Of a stretch of DNA of 64,000 nt, positions 18,527 through 29,282 are shown in pieces. Numbering within the stretch: the stretch's first letter is position 1; each line of letters begins with the position of its first letter. Below the pieces are notes generated by a model. The model saw nothing but the letters and a program-made list of their open reading frames with translations. It did no database searches and was not told the origin of the DNA. The position numbers and the translations under genes were made by a program. Source of the stretch: Candidatus Omnitrophota bacterium (lineage in GTDB: Bacteria; Omnitrophota; Gorgyraeia; Zapsychrales; Zapsychraceae); contig JAIORP010000068.1 of NCBI GenBank assembly GCA_021108075.1, positions 10,594 to 74,593 of the forward strand. The letters run 5' to 3'.

Positions 18527-19978
18527 ATGCGAATATTATTGATTTCCCCACCTATCACCCATGGTGATGAACTGCAGGCGAAGGCCAGAGGGTGTATGCC
18601 TCCATTGGACCTGATGTATCTTGCCGCTTATGTGCGTCAGTACAACCATGATGTCAACATGCTCGATCTCTATTCCCGGGGTTTATCTAATAAAAAGCTA
18701 TTCCAATATATTCAAAAAGAACATCCTGTCGTGATTGGATTTTCGACTTATTCTGCAAATATTGATTTGGTCTATAAGTTGTCAGCAATCATCAAATTAA
18801 ATTTTCCGGATATCAAAATTGTTTTAGGTGGGATCCATGCGAGTTATCTGGCTGGCGTCTGTCTGGATAACCCATCCGTTGATTTTATTGTGCGTGGTGA
18901 AGGAGAGCGAACACTGTTAGAACTCCTGTCCGCAATAGAGGATCGGTCTGATTTATCGCAGATAGAAGGGATGTCCTATAAAAGCAAGAGTGGAATTGTT
19001 CACAATCCTGACAGGAAATTAATTGAAGACATTGATGCCTTGCCATGGCCAGCATACGATCTTGTCAATTTTGATAATTATTTTTTAGCTGTCACCCGGG
19101 CCGTTACAAGTGGTCGAGTTGCTTCTGTGCTAACCGCAAGGGGTTGTCCATATGGGTGTTCCTTTTGCAGCCAATCTTATGGATATAATCGAAGAGTGCG
19201 AAACCGTGATGTCCATAACGTCGTTGATGAAATGCTTTATTTGTATGACAAATATGATATCCGTGAATTTCAGATCGAAGATAGCTCTTTGACGGCCGAC
19301 CCTAAACGCGTTATCAAACTTTGTCAGCTGATCGAAGAAAGTCATATGAAAATTATATGGAATTGCAATGTGCGCGCTAATACCGCTTCAGAAGAATTGT
19401 TTGCTGCGATGCGAGATGCAGGTTGCCGTCGGATATTGCTAGGGGTTGAATCTGGTTCACAAAAAATGTTGGATTCGATGAATAAAGGGATAACCCTGGA
19501 ACAGGTTCGTAAAACTGTACGGCTTGCTAAAAAATATAAGATGAGAATCAATTGTGCTTTTGTTGTTGGCCTTCCCGGTGAGACATATGAGAGTGCTATG
19601 CGGAGTTGTGTTTTCTCGAAAGAACTTGATCCTGATTACATCATGTTTTCAGTGCTGGTTCCCAGTGTCGGGTCTGCTTTGTTCGAGCAGGCGGTGAAAG
19701 AAAAGATTATTGATGTAAGGAATGTCAAAGGCGCAGATTATATCAGCGTGTATTCCCAGCGCTTGCCATTGGTTGAAATGAGCTCAGTTAAAAGAGAAGA
19801 TTTGTTTAAATTAATGGAAAAGTGTACAATAAGTTTCTATTTGCGGCCCAAATATATTTTAAAACGGATGATCGGGATAACTTCCTGGGCGGAGTTAAAA
19901 CGTATGATTTATGGCCTGGTTTTAATTTTTAGGCATCAAATGGCTTTATTTTTAGCATTATTTAAACTGAAGAAATAA
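18527..19978 (+). CDS. B12-binding radical SAM protein
   Basis: MPPLDLMYLAA, GGIHAS, RGEGE, RGCPYGCSFC, GVESG. Confidence 0.95.
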   Translation: MRILLISPPITHGDELQAKARGCMPPLDLMYLAAYVRQYNHDVNMLDLYSRGLSNKKLFQYIQKEHPVVIGFSTYSANIDLVYKLSAIIKLNFPDIKIVLGGIHASYLAGVCLDNPSVDFIVRGEGERTLLELLSAIEDRSDLSQIEGMSYKSKSGIVHNPDRKLIEDIDALPWPAYDLVNFDNYFLAVTRAVTSGRVASVLTARGCPYGCSFCSQSYGYNRRVRNRDVHNVVDEMLYLYDKYDIREFQIEDSSLTADPKRVIKLCQLIEESHMKIIWNCNVRANTASEELFAAMRDAGCRRILLGVESGSQKMLDSMNKGITLEQVRKTVRLAKKYKMRINCAFVVGLPGETYESAMRSCVFSKELDPDYIMFSVLVPSVGSALFEQAVKEKIIDVRNVKGADYISVYSQRLPLVEMSSVKREDLFKLMEKCTISFYLRPKYILKRMIGITSWAELKRMIYGLVLIFRHQMALFLALFKLKK

Positions 19979-19985
19979 AAACAAT

Positions 19986-20852
19986 ATGAATCAAATCGAT
20001 AAAACCAATGAAGGGGACCTTAAAGATAAGCAGCCCATCACGAATGTTTTAACGGTTGATGTTGAGGAATGGTATCAAACATTTCTTTTTTATAATACAG
20101 TTTATAATGATCAACATTTTTCCTCCTTACCTCGGTATATGAATGAAATCCTTGACCTTTTTGAAGAATATCAGGCTCAGGCAACATTTTTTGTCTTAGG
20201 TTCTGTCGCAGAAAAATACCCGGAGCTCATTCGGGATATGGTTAGACGGGGGCATGAGGTAGCCAGCCATGGTTACAGTCATCAGTTGGTCAATAGAATG
20301 ACTCAACAGGAATTTATTCATGACGTGTCCGTATCGTTAGACATTTTAAAAAGTATCACGGGTTGTGATATTTTAGGTTATCGAGCATCCACCTGGTCGA
20401 TTACAAAGAATATCACCCGGGCAATGCAGACATTGCGGTCTTTAGGGTTGAAGTATGATTCAAGTTTGTACCCTGTCAGCAGGAATATTTTTCGTTGTTC
20501 TCAACAACAATGTTGCCCGTACGAAATCATAAAAGGCTTTATTGAGTTTTCTCCGTCGACATTTCGGTTTTTAGGTTGCAATTGCCCTTTCGCGGGGGGG
20601 ACCTTTTTACGATTCCTTCCGATTTCATTTATTCGCAATAGAATAAGAAGTATTAATAAAATCGGACAGACTGCGATGATATACTTTCATCCCTGGGAAT
20701 TTTATGCGGTTATTCCTGAGGCAAGGGTGCCCCTCTGGAAGAATGTTATTCAGTGGGGGAACTTGCCAAGCGTAAGACGTAAACTACGGTGTCTTTTGCA
20801 GGAATTTAAGTTTTCTTGCGTTCGGGATGTCATAAATTTAAATGATTCTTGA
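19986..20852 (+). CDS. Polysaccharide deacetylase (DUF3473-type)
   Basis: LTVDVEEW, ATFFVLG, HEVASHGYSH, GYRA, YDSS, GGTFLR, YFHPWE. Confidence 0.92.
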   Translation: MNQIDKTNEGDLKDKQPITNVLTVDVEEWYQTFLFYNTVYNDQHFSSLPRYMNEILDLFEEYQAQATFFVLGSVAEKYPELIRDMVRRGHEVASHGYSHQLVNRMTQQEFIHDVSVSLDILKSITGCDILGYRASTWSITKNITRAMQTLRSLGLKYDSSLYPVSRNIFRCSQQQCCPYEIIKGFIEFSPSTFRFLGCNCPFAGGTFLRFLPISFIRNRIRSINKIGQTAMIYFHPWEFYAVIPEARVPLWKNVIQWGNLPSVRRKLRCLLQEFKFSCVRDVINLNDS

Positions 20853-20991
20853 GATAATAGAGCGGTATACTAAGAGGAATTTTAAAAACATGTTTGGAAT
20901 CCTTATGATTAGAATATTATTGAGCCTGATGCTAAAATTTTAAATTCGTCTCATCCAGGAAGTATTGATTCAAATAACAGCATATGTAAAT

Positions 20992-21165
20992 AATGAAATA
21001 AATATTAAATGTTACGCTATTCTCGCCAGAGCAAGTAAGACTGGAAGAGTGTTAGGGGACGATATGCCTCCGTTGAACTTAATGTGTCTGGTCGGAACGC
21101 CTTAAAAGAAAATGTTGATATCGTTGCCCGGGGAGAGGGAAAGGCTAAATTATTGCAATTAGACA
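20992..21165 (+). pseudogene. Highly decayed B12-binding-domain remnant
   Basis: Hand translation gives ARASKTGRVLGDDMPPLNLMCL* and, in another frame, ENVDIVARGEGKAKLLQL; these match MPPLDLMYL and VDxVVRGEGE.TLLEL of flanking B12-rSAMs. Confidence 0.65.
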
Positions 21166-21286
21166 AGCATTGCGTTTTTGGTCCAGGATGTGTTTTGTTG
21201 CGCATTTCGATTAAGCAAAATAGATCATGGATCGGGCGTTATTGTCGTTGTAGCGGACATTAAACGCTGTCGGAGGGGTCGTTCCC

Positions 21287-22978
21287 GTGATAAAAAATAA
21301 TTTAACAAAGCATGCCTGGTTTACCAATGGCATTTTGGTAACTGTTCTAATTGCCCTCTGTGCGAACGTTATTATTCACTTCAGAGAGATATTCAATCAA
21401 TACATCATATATCCTGATGCTTTTTTCAAGTATATTGTTTTTTCTTCGGATTTATCGCTATTCAAAAACGATCCGTTTGTTCAAATCGTGAGATGTCCTT
21501 TCTCGTTCAATATTGTAAGTATCGAGACGATACCGCTCGTGCTGTTGCGAAATATTTATACGGTCTGGTTTTTTTTATACACAAGATTATTTTATTTTTT
21601 CACCAAACTGTTTCCACTCGCGCATGTGTTAACAATGGCATCAATATGTTTTAACATTATTGCATCGGTGTTTGTCTATAAAATAGCCCGTTTTTTTACT
21701 GCTTCTAAAGAAAACAAAGAATATGCCTATTTTTTGGTCATGATCTTTTTGATATATACGGCAACCATGGACTCATTTTATGCGGGCATGGAAAGAGGCA
21801 TAGGTTTTGTGCTTACGTGCGCTCTTTATTTTTATGCGTGTAAACGCGATGTCTTTAAAATTATGTGTTGTACCTTTCTTTCTGTCTTTTTGTATACAGC
21901 GATTTTTCCCGCGGCATTTTTACTCGCGCTAATGGTTTTTTTGTTGAATAGGTGTGATAGGCCCACCTTCAGAAAAATATTCGCGATAAGTTGTTACAGC
22001 ATCGCAATCGCATGGTCTGTTTTTTTTATGATCAAGGTTTTCAGCCCATCCGGGCATGGGTTTTTTCAATTATCGTATATGGATTGGAAATATGGCCTGA
22101 AGTTGAGCTCCCCAGACGTGATCGACTTGGAGTATTACAAGTACATTTACGCTTTTGTTCTAAACGGCAATGAGCATGCGCCATTATATATTGCCGTAAC
22201 AATAGGGTTGATTATCATTAATTTATTGTTATTGATAATATTTTTCAAAAATAAACATGGTTGTCCTGGCGAGCAGTGTTTTGTGGCTGCATCTATCAGC
22301 ACGTTTTTTATACTTGTTCCGATCCATTTAGCTCTTGGGTCGCGACAACTTATTTTTTCTATACCCCTGTGTTTAATGCTGTTTTTGTGGAAACATGTGT
22401 TATGGTATCTTCCCTGTAAAAAGTTTGTTTTTCGCTCCATTCTCATCACAATGGCGGCAGTGTCTGTGTTTTTTTATGCGTATGCGTCTGATGTGCAGGA
22501 TTTGACTGGATACAAAAATGTCTACGATTATTTTTTGCAGTCTCCGAAAGATAGCTTGATATGCGGACACCCTGAGGATGTCAAATTCATCCCATTTTAT
22601 GCGCAGCGGAGTGTGTATTTTAATCCTGCGTGGAGCACCTCGACATGTATAGCGAACCAGAAGACGAAGGAGGAATACCGCCGGCGTAGAGAACGCATGG
22701 TTCGCATTATGTACAGCCGTTCGCTCGAAGAATTAAAGACGTACATAAGGCAGGAAGGTATTACGCACTTCTTTGTTAATGAGTATTATTATTCTAATAA
22801 CTATTTGTTATCGGAAAAAGAATGGCATGAAACATTCAAGCTGGATATTGTCAATTATACGGAGGTGACTAAAGTCAACCGGGATGATTTTGTTGTTCTT
22901 TCACTCGCGTATAAATTGGGTAAACAAAAAGGCGATGGTATTTTTGTTTTTGCTTGCGCTGAGATTCTAGCGTTATAG
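21287..22978 (+). CDS. Polytopic membrane protein, GT-C glycosyltransferase-like
   Basis: About 11-12 TM segments, first loop with YPD..DP, soluble C-terminal domain (IPFYAQRSVY, GITHFFV). Confidence 0.65.
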   Translation: MIKNNLTKHAWFTNGILVTVLIALCANVIIHFREIFNQYIIYPDAFFKYIVFSSDLSLFKNDPFVQIVRCPFSFNIVSIETIPLVLLRNIYTVWFFLYTRLFYFFTKLFPLAHVLTMASICFNIIASVFVYKIARFFTASKENKEYAYFLVMIFLIYTATMDSFYAGMERGIGFVLTCALYFYACKRDVFKIMCCTFLSVFLYTAIFPAAFLLALMVFLLNRCDRPTFRKIFAISCYSIAIAWSVFFMIKVFSPSGHGFFQLSYMDWKYGLKLSSPDVIDLEYYKYIYAFVLNGNEHAPLYIAVTIGLIIINLLLLIIFFKNKHGCPGEQCFVAASISTFFILVPIHLALGSRQLIFSIPLCLMLFLWKHVLWYLPCKKFVFRSILITMAAVSVFFYAYASDVQDLTGYKNVYDYFLQSPKDSLICGHPEDVKFIPFYAQRSVYFNPAWSTSTCIANQKTKEEYRRRRERMVRIMYSRSLEELKTYIRQEGITHFFVNEYYYSNNYLLSEKEWHETFKLDIVNYTEVTKVNRDDFVVLSLAYKLGKQKGDGIFVFACAEILAL

Positions 22979-23446
22979 GAAAAGTTTCAGCCTTACGGCC
23001 AACAGCCTGTGGATATTTGCTCCGTTAGATCATGATATTGTTATCTTTTACGCTGATGGACCCTCCTCGCGCTGTTTGTTCGTCTTAAGGCATCGCTGCA
23101 AGAACGGTGTTTATTTTCAACAAATCAAACCAGAAGATCGTTTATTGCGGAGATAAACGGGTGTGTTTTTTGAGATGCAATGGCTGACGCCCGTTTATAT
23201 TGGTGTTATAATTAAAAAAGATTATGCGTCACCCCTTTGGGCTGACAGGAATCATAACTTATCAGGTTTTATTTGAATGCAACTTATTGTCAGGTGAAAG
23301 TCAATATAGATTTTAGTGTTAAATGCCTGAAGTTGCCTGGCATTTTTTTGGACTTCAGGGCGTGTCGATGATTGATCGGCCCTGAAGTCCAAGATGGATG
23401 ATAAAAATTTTTTATAATGTTTTTTGTGTTTGGGGAGCAGAAAAGA

Positions 23447-25033
23447 ATGAACAATAAATATTTATCAGGACTTGTTCTTGCCGCGTTTATGTTATCAGGT
23501 TGTTTTGAATCTAATCAACATTATACAATTAATCCTGATGGGTCAGGGAAACTTCAGTTTGAAGTTTCATATAATAAAAAGGACTATGTCCATACCAGCT
23601 CTATTGATTTAGAAGGAATTATTCTGAAGCTTAAAGATAAATCCTTGGGGATTACACACTGGCATGACATTTTTTTTGAGGATAAAGGGGAGGGGCCGTC
23701 TCTTTTATCAGGAACAGCTTATTTTGACAATATTAACAATGTGTCATTACCGATTGATGGGCTTTCTTTGGATCCTTATAAGATTCAATTTAGAATAGAG
23801 AAGGGGCAAGGTATTTTGGAGATTTTAGATCCACGCGTGAAAACACTAAAAAAGTTAACCCTGCCCGAAGAACGGACGCAGGAACTTTTAATGGAGGATA
23901 AACAACAATTTGAAGGCATAAAATCTCTTATTGAATCAACCATAGGAAAAGTAAAGATGACAATATTATTTTCTTTGCCAGGCGATGTTGTTGGTGTTTC
24001 GAACATGATAAAGAAAGAAGATAATCAAGTCTTTGTCCAGTTCGACGGGCATGATTTTTTTCAATCTGCTCAAACGGTTCTTCAAGATGATGATTGGTGG
24101 CTACGCCATATAAAAGTAGGGATTGATGTTTATGAGGAAGGCCCGCTTGGTGATGAGGATTTAACCAATGTCATTCTCGGCAGTAAATCAGACATCAGCG
24201 CAAGTATCGAAAATATCTCCGGTCCGCTTCTTGATTGTCAAAAGGAACTCATGGGGAAAAATGTTTACTGGTCATCTTTTGAGTCAGGTGGTCAGGTTAT
24301 GGAGATCACAGAGGAAGACATCCCTTTACGGGATATTAATATTATCAGGCAATCGGTAACATACGACTTCAACTTGCCGGTGGATATTTATCCGATCACA
24401 GACAAGCACGGGTATACTCTGACAGTGGTGGCCACTGTTCCGGATTCAATTTTCTTTATTTCGGGAGGAAAACTGCTTGAAGCGATAACAGACAGAGAAC
24501 AATCTTTGATGTTGATTGAAGATGCTCAAAGGATGGTTGACGATGTGCTTTTATCTGGATCGGGGTTTTATCTCCGCTTTCAGATCAACTTGTTAGAACC
24601 AAATGTCTGGAGTTCCAGAATTGATAAGATTTCAGGTTATTTAACTGGTTTTTCCGGGCGGGAGATTAAAGAGATTGATCTGGGGATTCCCGGCTTTGAG
24701 CCCGGATTAAAAAGTGAAAAGATAGAAGTCCGCATTGAATCATTAAAAAGGGACCCGGAAGATATATCGTGTGAGATATTAACAATGCGGATTCATTTGC
24801 CCCGTGAGGCTGTTTTAGATTTGCGTTTATTCGACGAACAGGATCGGGAGATGAATGTTCAGACAGAGGTCCTTTTTTTCCAGGACGAAGAAGTGTTGAT
24901 CGCTTGCCGGCTCAAGGGTCGGTATCCGTTAAGAGGGCGAATATTAATAAAGACGTATGCTGATATCCAAAAAATTAAAATGCCTTTTAGTCTATCTCAT
25001 ATTGATCTGCTGGGACGTCCGTCAAAAGAATAA
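23447..25033 (+). CDS. Lipoprotein of unknown function
   Basis: MNNKYLSGLVLAAFMLSG-C lipobox followed by INPDGSGK (track start 23417). Confidence 0.75.
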   Translation: MNNKYLSGLVLAAFMLSGCFESNQHYTINPDGSGKLQFEVSYNKKDYVHTSSIDLEGIILKLKDKSLGITHWHDIFFEDKGEGPSLLSGTAYFDNINNVSLPIDGLSLDPYKIQFRIEKGQGILEILDPRVKTLKKLTLPEERTQELLMEDKQQFEGIKSLIESTIGKVKMTILFSLPGDVVGVSNMIKKEDNQVFVQFDGHDFFQSAQTVLQDDDWWLRHIKVGIDVYEEGPLGDEDLTNVILGSKSDISASIENISGPLLDCQKELMGKNVYWSSFESGGQVMEITEEDIPLRDINIIRQSVTYDFNLPVDIYPITDKHGYTLTVVATVPDSIFFISGGKLLEAITDREQSLMLIEDAQRMVDDVLLSGSGFYLRFQINLLEPNVWSSRIDKISGYLTGFSGREIKEIDLGIPGFEPGLKSEKIEVRIESLKRDPEDISCEILTMRIHLPREAVLDLRLFDEQDREMNVQTEVLFFQDEEVLIACRLKGRYPLRGRILIKTYADIQKIKMPFSLSHIDLLGRPSKE

Positions 25034-25397
25034 GTTTAAGCTATCTGAAAGACCATTTATTTTCGGGAGGTGTAAAATCGTTGTTTTGTGAAATGATATC
25101 GTTAGATTTCGAGCTATAGAAACGTGTATACCTTTGTGTTTCATTTATTTGATCGTATTGTTTCAATGCTGACTGCTGAAGGATAAGAAAGAAGCCCGCC
25201 TCTTTTATCAATGAAAAATAATAAGATAAATTTTAGTCTTCAGGGCCAAATTTTATATTAGACGTAAGTCAGTTTTTATTGACGATTCACGTTGTGACTT
25301 GCCATTGCCAATGTCCACAATGTTTTGAAGGCGATGGCACAACCACCTTCAATAACGCCGGAAAAGAGTGTTTTCGATGTGTTCGATGTTTATATTA

Positions 25398-25479
25398 ATA
25401 CCAATTCCATTAAATAATGACCAAAACCAATTCTGCTTTTCAGAATTAAAATAGAACAATTTATTAATGGATTTGGTAT
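25398..25479 (+). repeat. MITE-like repeat, copy 3
   Basis: ATACCAATTCCATTAAATAATGACCAAAACC...TTATTAATGGATTTGGTAT with terminal inverted repeats. Confidence 0.9.
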
Positions 25480-25874
25480 AAAGATGTGCTTGGGATGATT
25501 AAACATGAAGGGGCCGGGTATCAGGTCCCTGAGAAAATAATCTATATTTAACCTTCCGGATATCTTACGGCCCTGTCTGGCGATTCCGGTGTTCTTTTGG
25601 CATGCGCCGGGTGAACCCGAAATTATAAAAGCGGAATTGTGCGTAGAGCAATTTGACGCATATTGCAGGTGGATTTTTTTTGTGACAGTTTAGAAATATT
25701 TTTTAGCCGCGTCTGCCATGTTAAAGTGAAAAATATGTTGATTTTTTGAATCAATTAGTGAATACTATGGATGTATTTTTTTCCATGGCGCATTCCCACC
25801 TGTAAACGGTAATTTTTCAGAAGGATCATTTGAATCCTGGCACGTGATAACACTTTATTAAAGCGAACCACGAG

Positions 25875-27230
25875 ATGTCTAAGAAAATAAAAACAAAATT
25901 TCTAATATTAGGTGGCGGATTAAGCGGATTATTTATCGCTTTATTTCTTAAACGTCAGGGATATGAACCGGTTATCCTCGAAAAATCTGATGATGTTGGA
26001 GGTTTAGCCCGAACGTATTCTTTTCAGGGGCATTCTTTTGATGTCGGTGGCCATCGGATTTCTTTCCATGAGCATGAGAATATTCAACTCGTTCAATCGC
26101 TCATTCCTGATTTATCAACATTAACACGCAGGAGTAAGATCTATTATAGTGACCGGTTTATTGATTATCCCATCACCTTATCGTCGTTTATGTCGTTTAG
26201 CAAAAAAAAATTATTGAAAATTGTTTTTGAGATGGCCTTTAGCAATCGTTTTGTAAAACCCGGTAATTTTGAAGAATGGATCAGGCGTTACTACGGGCAA
26301 ACGATTTATGAAATTGTTTTTGAACACTATTCCCGCAAAGTTTGGGGGCAGGATTGTAAAAATTTGAGCGCCGAATGGGCGAAGAGACGGATTGGGTATT
26401 ATTCCTTTTCGAACCTGTTCCATAACATTAAAGCCAAAGAGAACATGAAACAATTTTATTACCCGGGGCGTGGTATCGGGGTTTTGGCGCAAAATCTATA
26501 TCAGGAATTGGTACCGCAAACAACCGTGCTAAAGAACGTCCATGTTCAAAACATACAAATAGAAGACTCATCGGTTAAGGGGGTGACGTGTTCGGCCCCG
26601 GAGGGCTCTTATGATATTCAATGCGAGCATTTAATGTCGACGATTCCGTTGAAAGAATTATTAAAGATCGCCCCGTTTGCGGCGGACCATCAATTGCAAT
26701 CGTACGGAAAAGATATTCGGTACCGCAGTCTGCTTCAAGTGAATATTGTTTTAAACCGGGAGCATGTCTCTGATTGGCATTGGTGTTATTTCCCGGATGA
26801 AGATCTGATTTTTTCGCGCTGTTATGAGCCTAAATATTGGCATGGCCATATGGGCTCGGGCAAGCAGAGTACTCTGTTGTGTGTTGAGATTTTTTGTCAA
26901 TACAATGATGATATCTGGAATATGCGTGAAGAAGATTTGACGCGGCGGACCGGCGCGCAGTTGATAAAGATTGGAATCATTCGTGATCAGGCCGAATGTC
27001 AGGACGCGTATATCCTGCGGGAACGTTACGCCTATCCATTGTTGTATCTTCATTATGAGACGGAATTAAAACGCCTGACAGATGCCGTATCATCGGTTCG
27101 TAATCTCCACATGAGCGGGCGCAACGGCACACATGCCTATTATGATATTGAGGAATGCATCATAAACGCACGGTCGCTAAGTGAGAAAATGGTAAGCCGG
27201 GATGGGATATCCGCGTGCGCGTCGTCCTGA
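25875..27230 (+). CDS. FAD-dependent oxidoreductase (UDP-galactopyranose mutase / protoporphyrinogen oxidase-like)
   Basis: ILGGGLSGL, LEK...VGGL, FDVGGH, KVWG, FYYP, AYP, GRNG.HAYY. Confidence 0.85.
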   Translation: MSKKIKTKFLILGGGLSGLFIALFLKRQGYEPVILEKSDDVGGLARTYSFQGHSFDVGGHRISFHEHENIQLVQSLIPDLSTLTRRSKIYYSDRFIDYPITLSSFMSFSKKKLLKIVFEMAFSNRFVKPGNFEEWIRRYYGQTIYEIVFEHYSRKVWGQDCKNLSAEWAKRRIGYYSFSNLFHNIKAKENMKQFYYPGRGIGVLAQNLYQELVPQTTVLKNVHVQNIQIEDSSVKGVTCSAPEGSYDIQCEHLMSTIPLKELLKIAPFAADHQLQSYGKDIRYRSLLQVNIVLNREHVSDWHWCYFPDEDLIFSRCYEPKYWHGHMGSGKQSTLLCVEIFCQYNDDIWNMREEDLTRRTGAQLIKIGIIRDQAECQDAYILRERYAYPLLYLHYETELKRLTDAVSSVRNLHMSGRNGTHAYYDIEECIINARSLSEKMVSRDGISACASS

Positions 27231-27331
27231 CCGGCTAAAGCTCATTCCTCCCGCCGCAATATCAGACATTTCAGAATAAGAGTAAGACGGTCCGGTCCCC
27301 CAACCGCCCTTTCGGGATTCATACAATATAT

Positions 27332-27361
27332 TTGACATCAATGAGATAAGAAATGTATAAT
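27332..27361 (+). promoter_or_regulatory. Sigma70-type promoter
   Basis: TTGACA-N18-TATAAT upstream of the 27510 gene. Confidence 0.6.
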
Positions 27362-27509
27362 GTTTCGTTGCTCTTTGTTTAACCCGGAAAATGTAATTGC
27401 GACGAGTTTTGCCTTCTCGTTACGATTCCAATTGCGTTTTCCGGGTTAATGAATGGCAGACTTTTAAAAAAAGTCATATTTTCGATAGATAAGAAGGAGA
27501 GTTAACCGA

Positions 27510-28550
27510 TTGAAGTTGAAGAGTTTGCAGGGTTTTTGTGGAAGAACGTATTTGACGGCTAAAATATTTTCTAAACTCGTTTTACCTCATTTGTATGGGA
27601 AAGTCATCAGTAACACAGTATCCCGCTGTTTAATAATTTATAAACCATCGTCTGCTGTCTTAGGCCTGACTTATCGCTGCCAGTGCCATTGCGTGCATTG
27701 TTCGGCTGGTTCCTATCGGTATGAAGTGAGTCAAGATCTGTCAACAACAGAATGGATGGGTTTACTGGATGCTATCCATCAGTTAGGTGTTCCCCGGATT
27801 AATCTGACCGGGGGTGAAGCCCTATTAAGAGAAGACATTTTTGATATTATTGCCTATGCGGCAAAAAAAATTGTCGTGATTCTGGAAAGCAACGGCCTGT
27901 TGATTTCTGACGAGGTGGCCTTAAAACTCAAAAAAGCGAAGGTATCTTGCGTGGCCGTCAGTATCGATAGCGTTGACGGGCCGGGGCATGATTCCTTCAG
28001 AGGCGTCCAAGGCTGCGTTGATAACGCCATCAAGGGGATAGAGCATCTGAATAAGGCGAGGATCCCCTTCATGGCGACATATATCCGTGCTGAGAACGCG
28101 CGTGTTGATTATATTCAAGGGTTCATGGATTTAGCGAAAAAGATGAACGTTATGGCCGTAAGGATTTTGCCCCCGCGCCCTGCCGGAAATTTTTCCTGTC
28201 ATGTGGATGCGTTGCTGAGCAAGGAAAATGAAACGCTCATCCGGGAAAACACGGATCTCTTTATGTTTTATTTTAATGGCATGCCGGCGCCACGTATGTG
28301 CGGAACTTTTTCTAAAGCAACGTTTTACATCTCTCCTTATGGGGACATTCAGCTCTGCCCCTACCTGTCCATTTCTTTCGGTCATATCAAGGACGGATCC
28401 TTGCGTTCTTTATTGGAGAAAATGTGGTCGCACGCCATTTTTCAAGACGATGGAACAGACTGCTTTGTCCTGAACGCGTCTTTTCGCAAGCGATATTTGG
28501 ATGGTTGTGTCAGTTATCCCTGTGATGACACAATATTGATGAATGAGTAA
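27510..28550 (+). CDS. Radical SAM protein, SPASM/twitch-like (paralog of 6735 and of the C-half of 8686)
   Basis: LTYRCQCHCVHCSAG, TGGEALLR, ESNG, VSIDS, GDIQLCPY. Confidence 0.9.
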   Translation: MKLKSLQGFCGRTYLTAKIFSKLVLPHLYGKVISNTVSRCLIIYKPSSAVLGLTYRCQCHCVHCSAGSYRYEVSQDLSTTEWMGLLDAIHQLGVPRINLTGGEALLREDIFDIIAYAAKKIVVILESNGLLISDEVALKLKKAKVSCVAVSIDSVDGPGHDSFRGVQGCVDNAIKGIEHLNKARIPFMATYIRAENARVDYIQGFMDLAKKMNVMAVRILPPRPAGNFSCHVDALLSKENETLIRENTDLFMFYFNGMPAPRMCGTFSKATFYISPYGDIQLCPYLSISFGHIKDGSLRSLLEKMWSHAIFQDDGTDCFVLNASFRKRYLDGCVSYPCDDTILMNE

Positions 28551-28593
28551 AAGGGCCCTTTTTTACGTTTAAGACGGAAGAGAATGGATGCGT

Positions 28594-29261
28594 ATGGATC
28601 AATTTAATATAAATACAAATTCATCTGAAAAATATCCTGGTCTCGTCCAATCAGTGATGAAACGGGGGCATGAAATTGCCAGCTACGGCATGGACATCAG
28701 TTGGTGTCTAAAATGACTCAAAAAGAATTTATTTCGGATGTCACACCGTCCTTAGGTATTTTACGGAACATGACAGGAAAAAAGATATGGGGGTATCGGG
28801 CACCAACCTGGTCGATCGCAAAGGATGTCGATTGGACCATGCGGACCCTGAAATCCATCGGGCTGAAATATGACTCCAGTATTTACCCGATCAGTAAAAA
28901 TATTTTTACCGGGCATAAAAAACAACGGTTTGCGCATGATATTATTAAAGATTTCAAGGAGTTTCCTCCTGCAACGTTTCAATTCGGGGGGGGCAGTTTT
29001 CCTTTGTCTGGAGGCACGTTCTTGCGCTATTGGCCCGTTTCTTTTGTTCGCCGTAACATTGAGAAGATGAATCATGCCCGGCAGGCGGCCATGATATATT
29101 TTTATCCCTGGGAATTTTATAAAGATATACCGCAGAAGAAGATTCCCGCGTGGAAATACGCCGTCCAGTGGGGGAATGTGCGATGTGTGAGGCCTAAAGT
29201 CGAGTGCCTGCTACAGAATTTTAAGTTTTTATCGATAAGGGATGTGTTAAATTTGGTTTAA
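28594..29261 (+). pseudogene. Decayed polysaccharide deacetylase paralog
   Basis: ATG at 28594 gives MDQFNINTNSSEKYPGLVQSVMKRGHEIASYG, so the TVDVE motif is deleted. A frameshift near 28690 leads into ORF 28701-29261. His to Tyr in ASHG and YFHPWE. Confidence 0.8.
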
Positions 29262-29282
29262 CTTCTTTGATATCGGATTATC

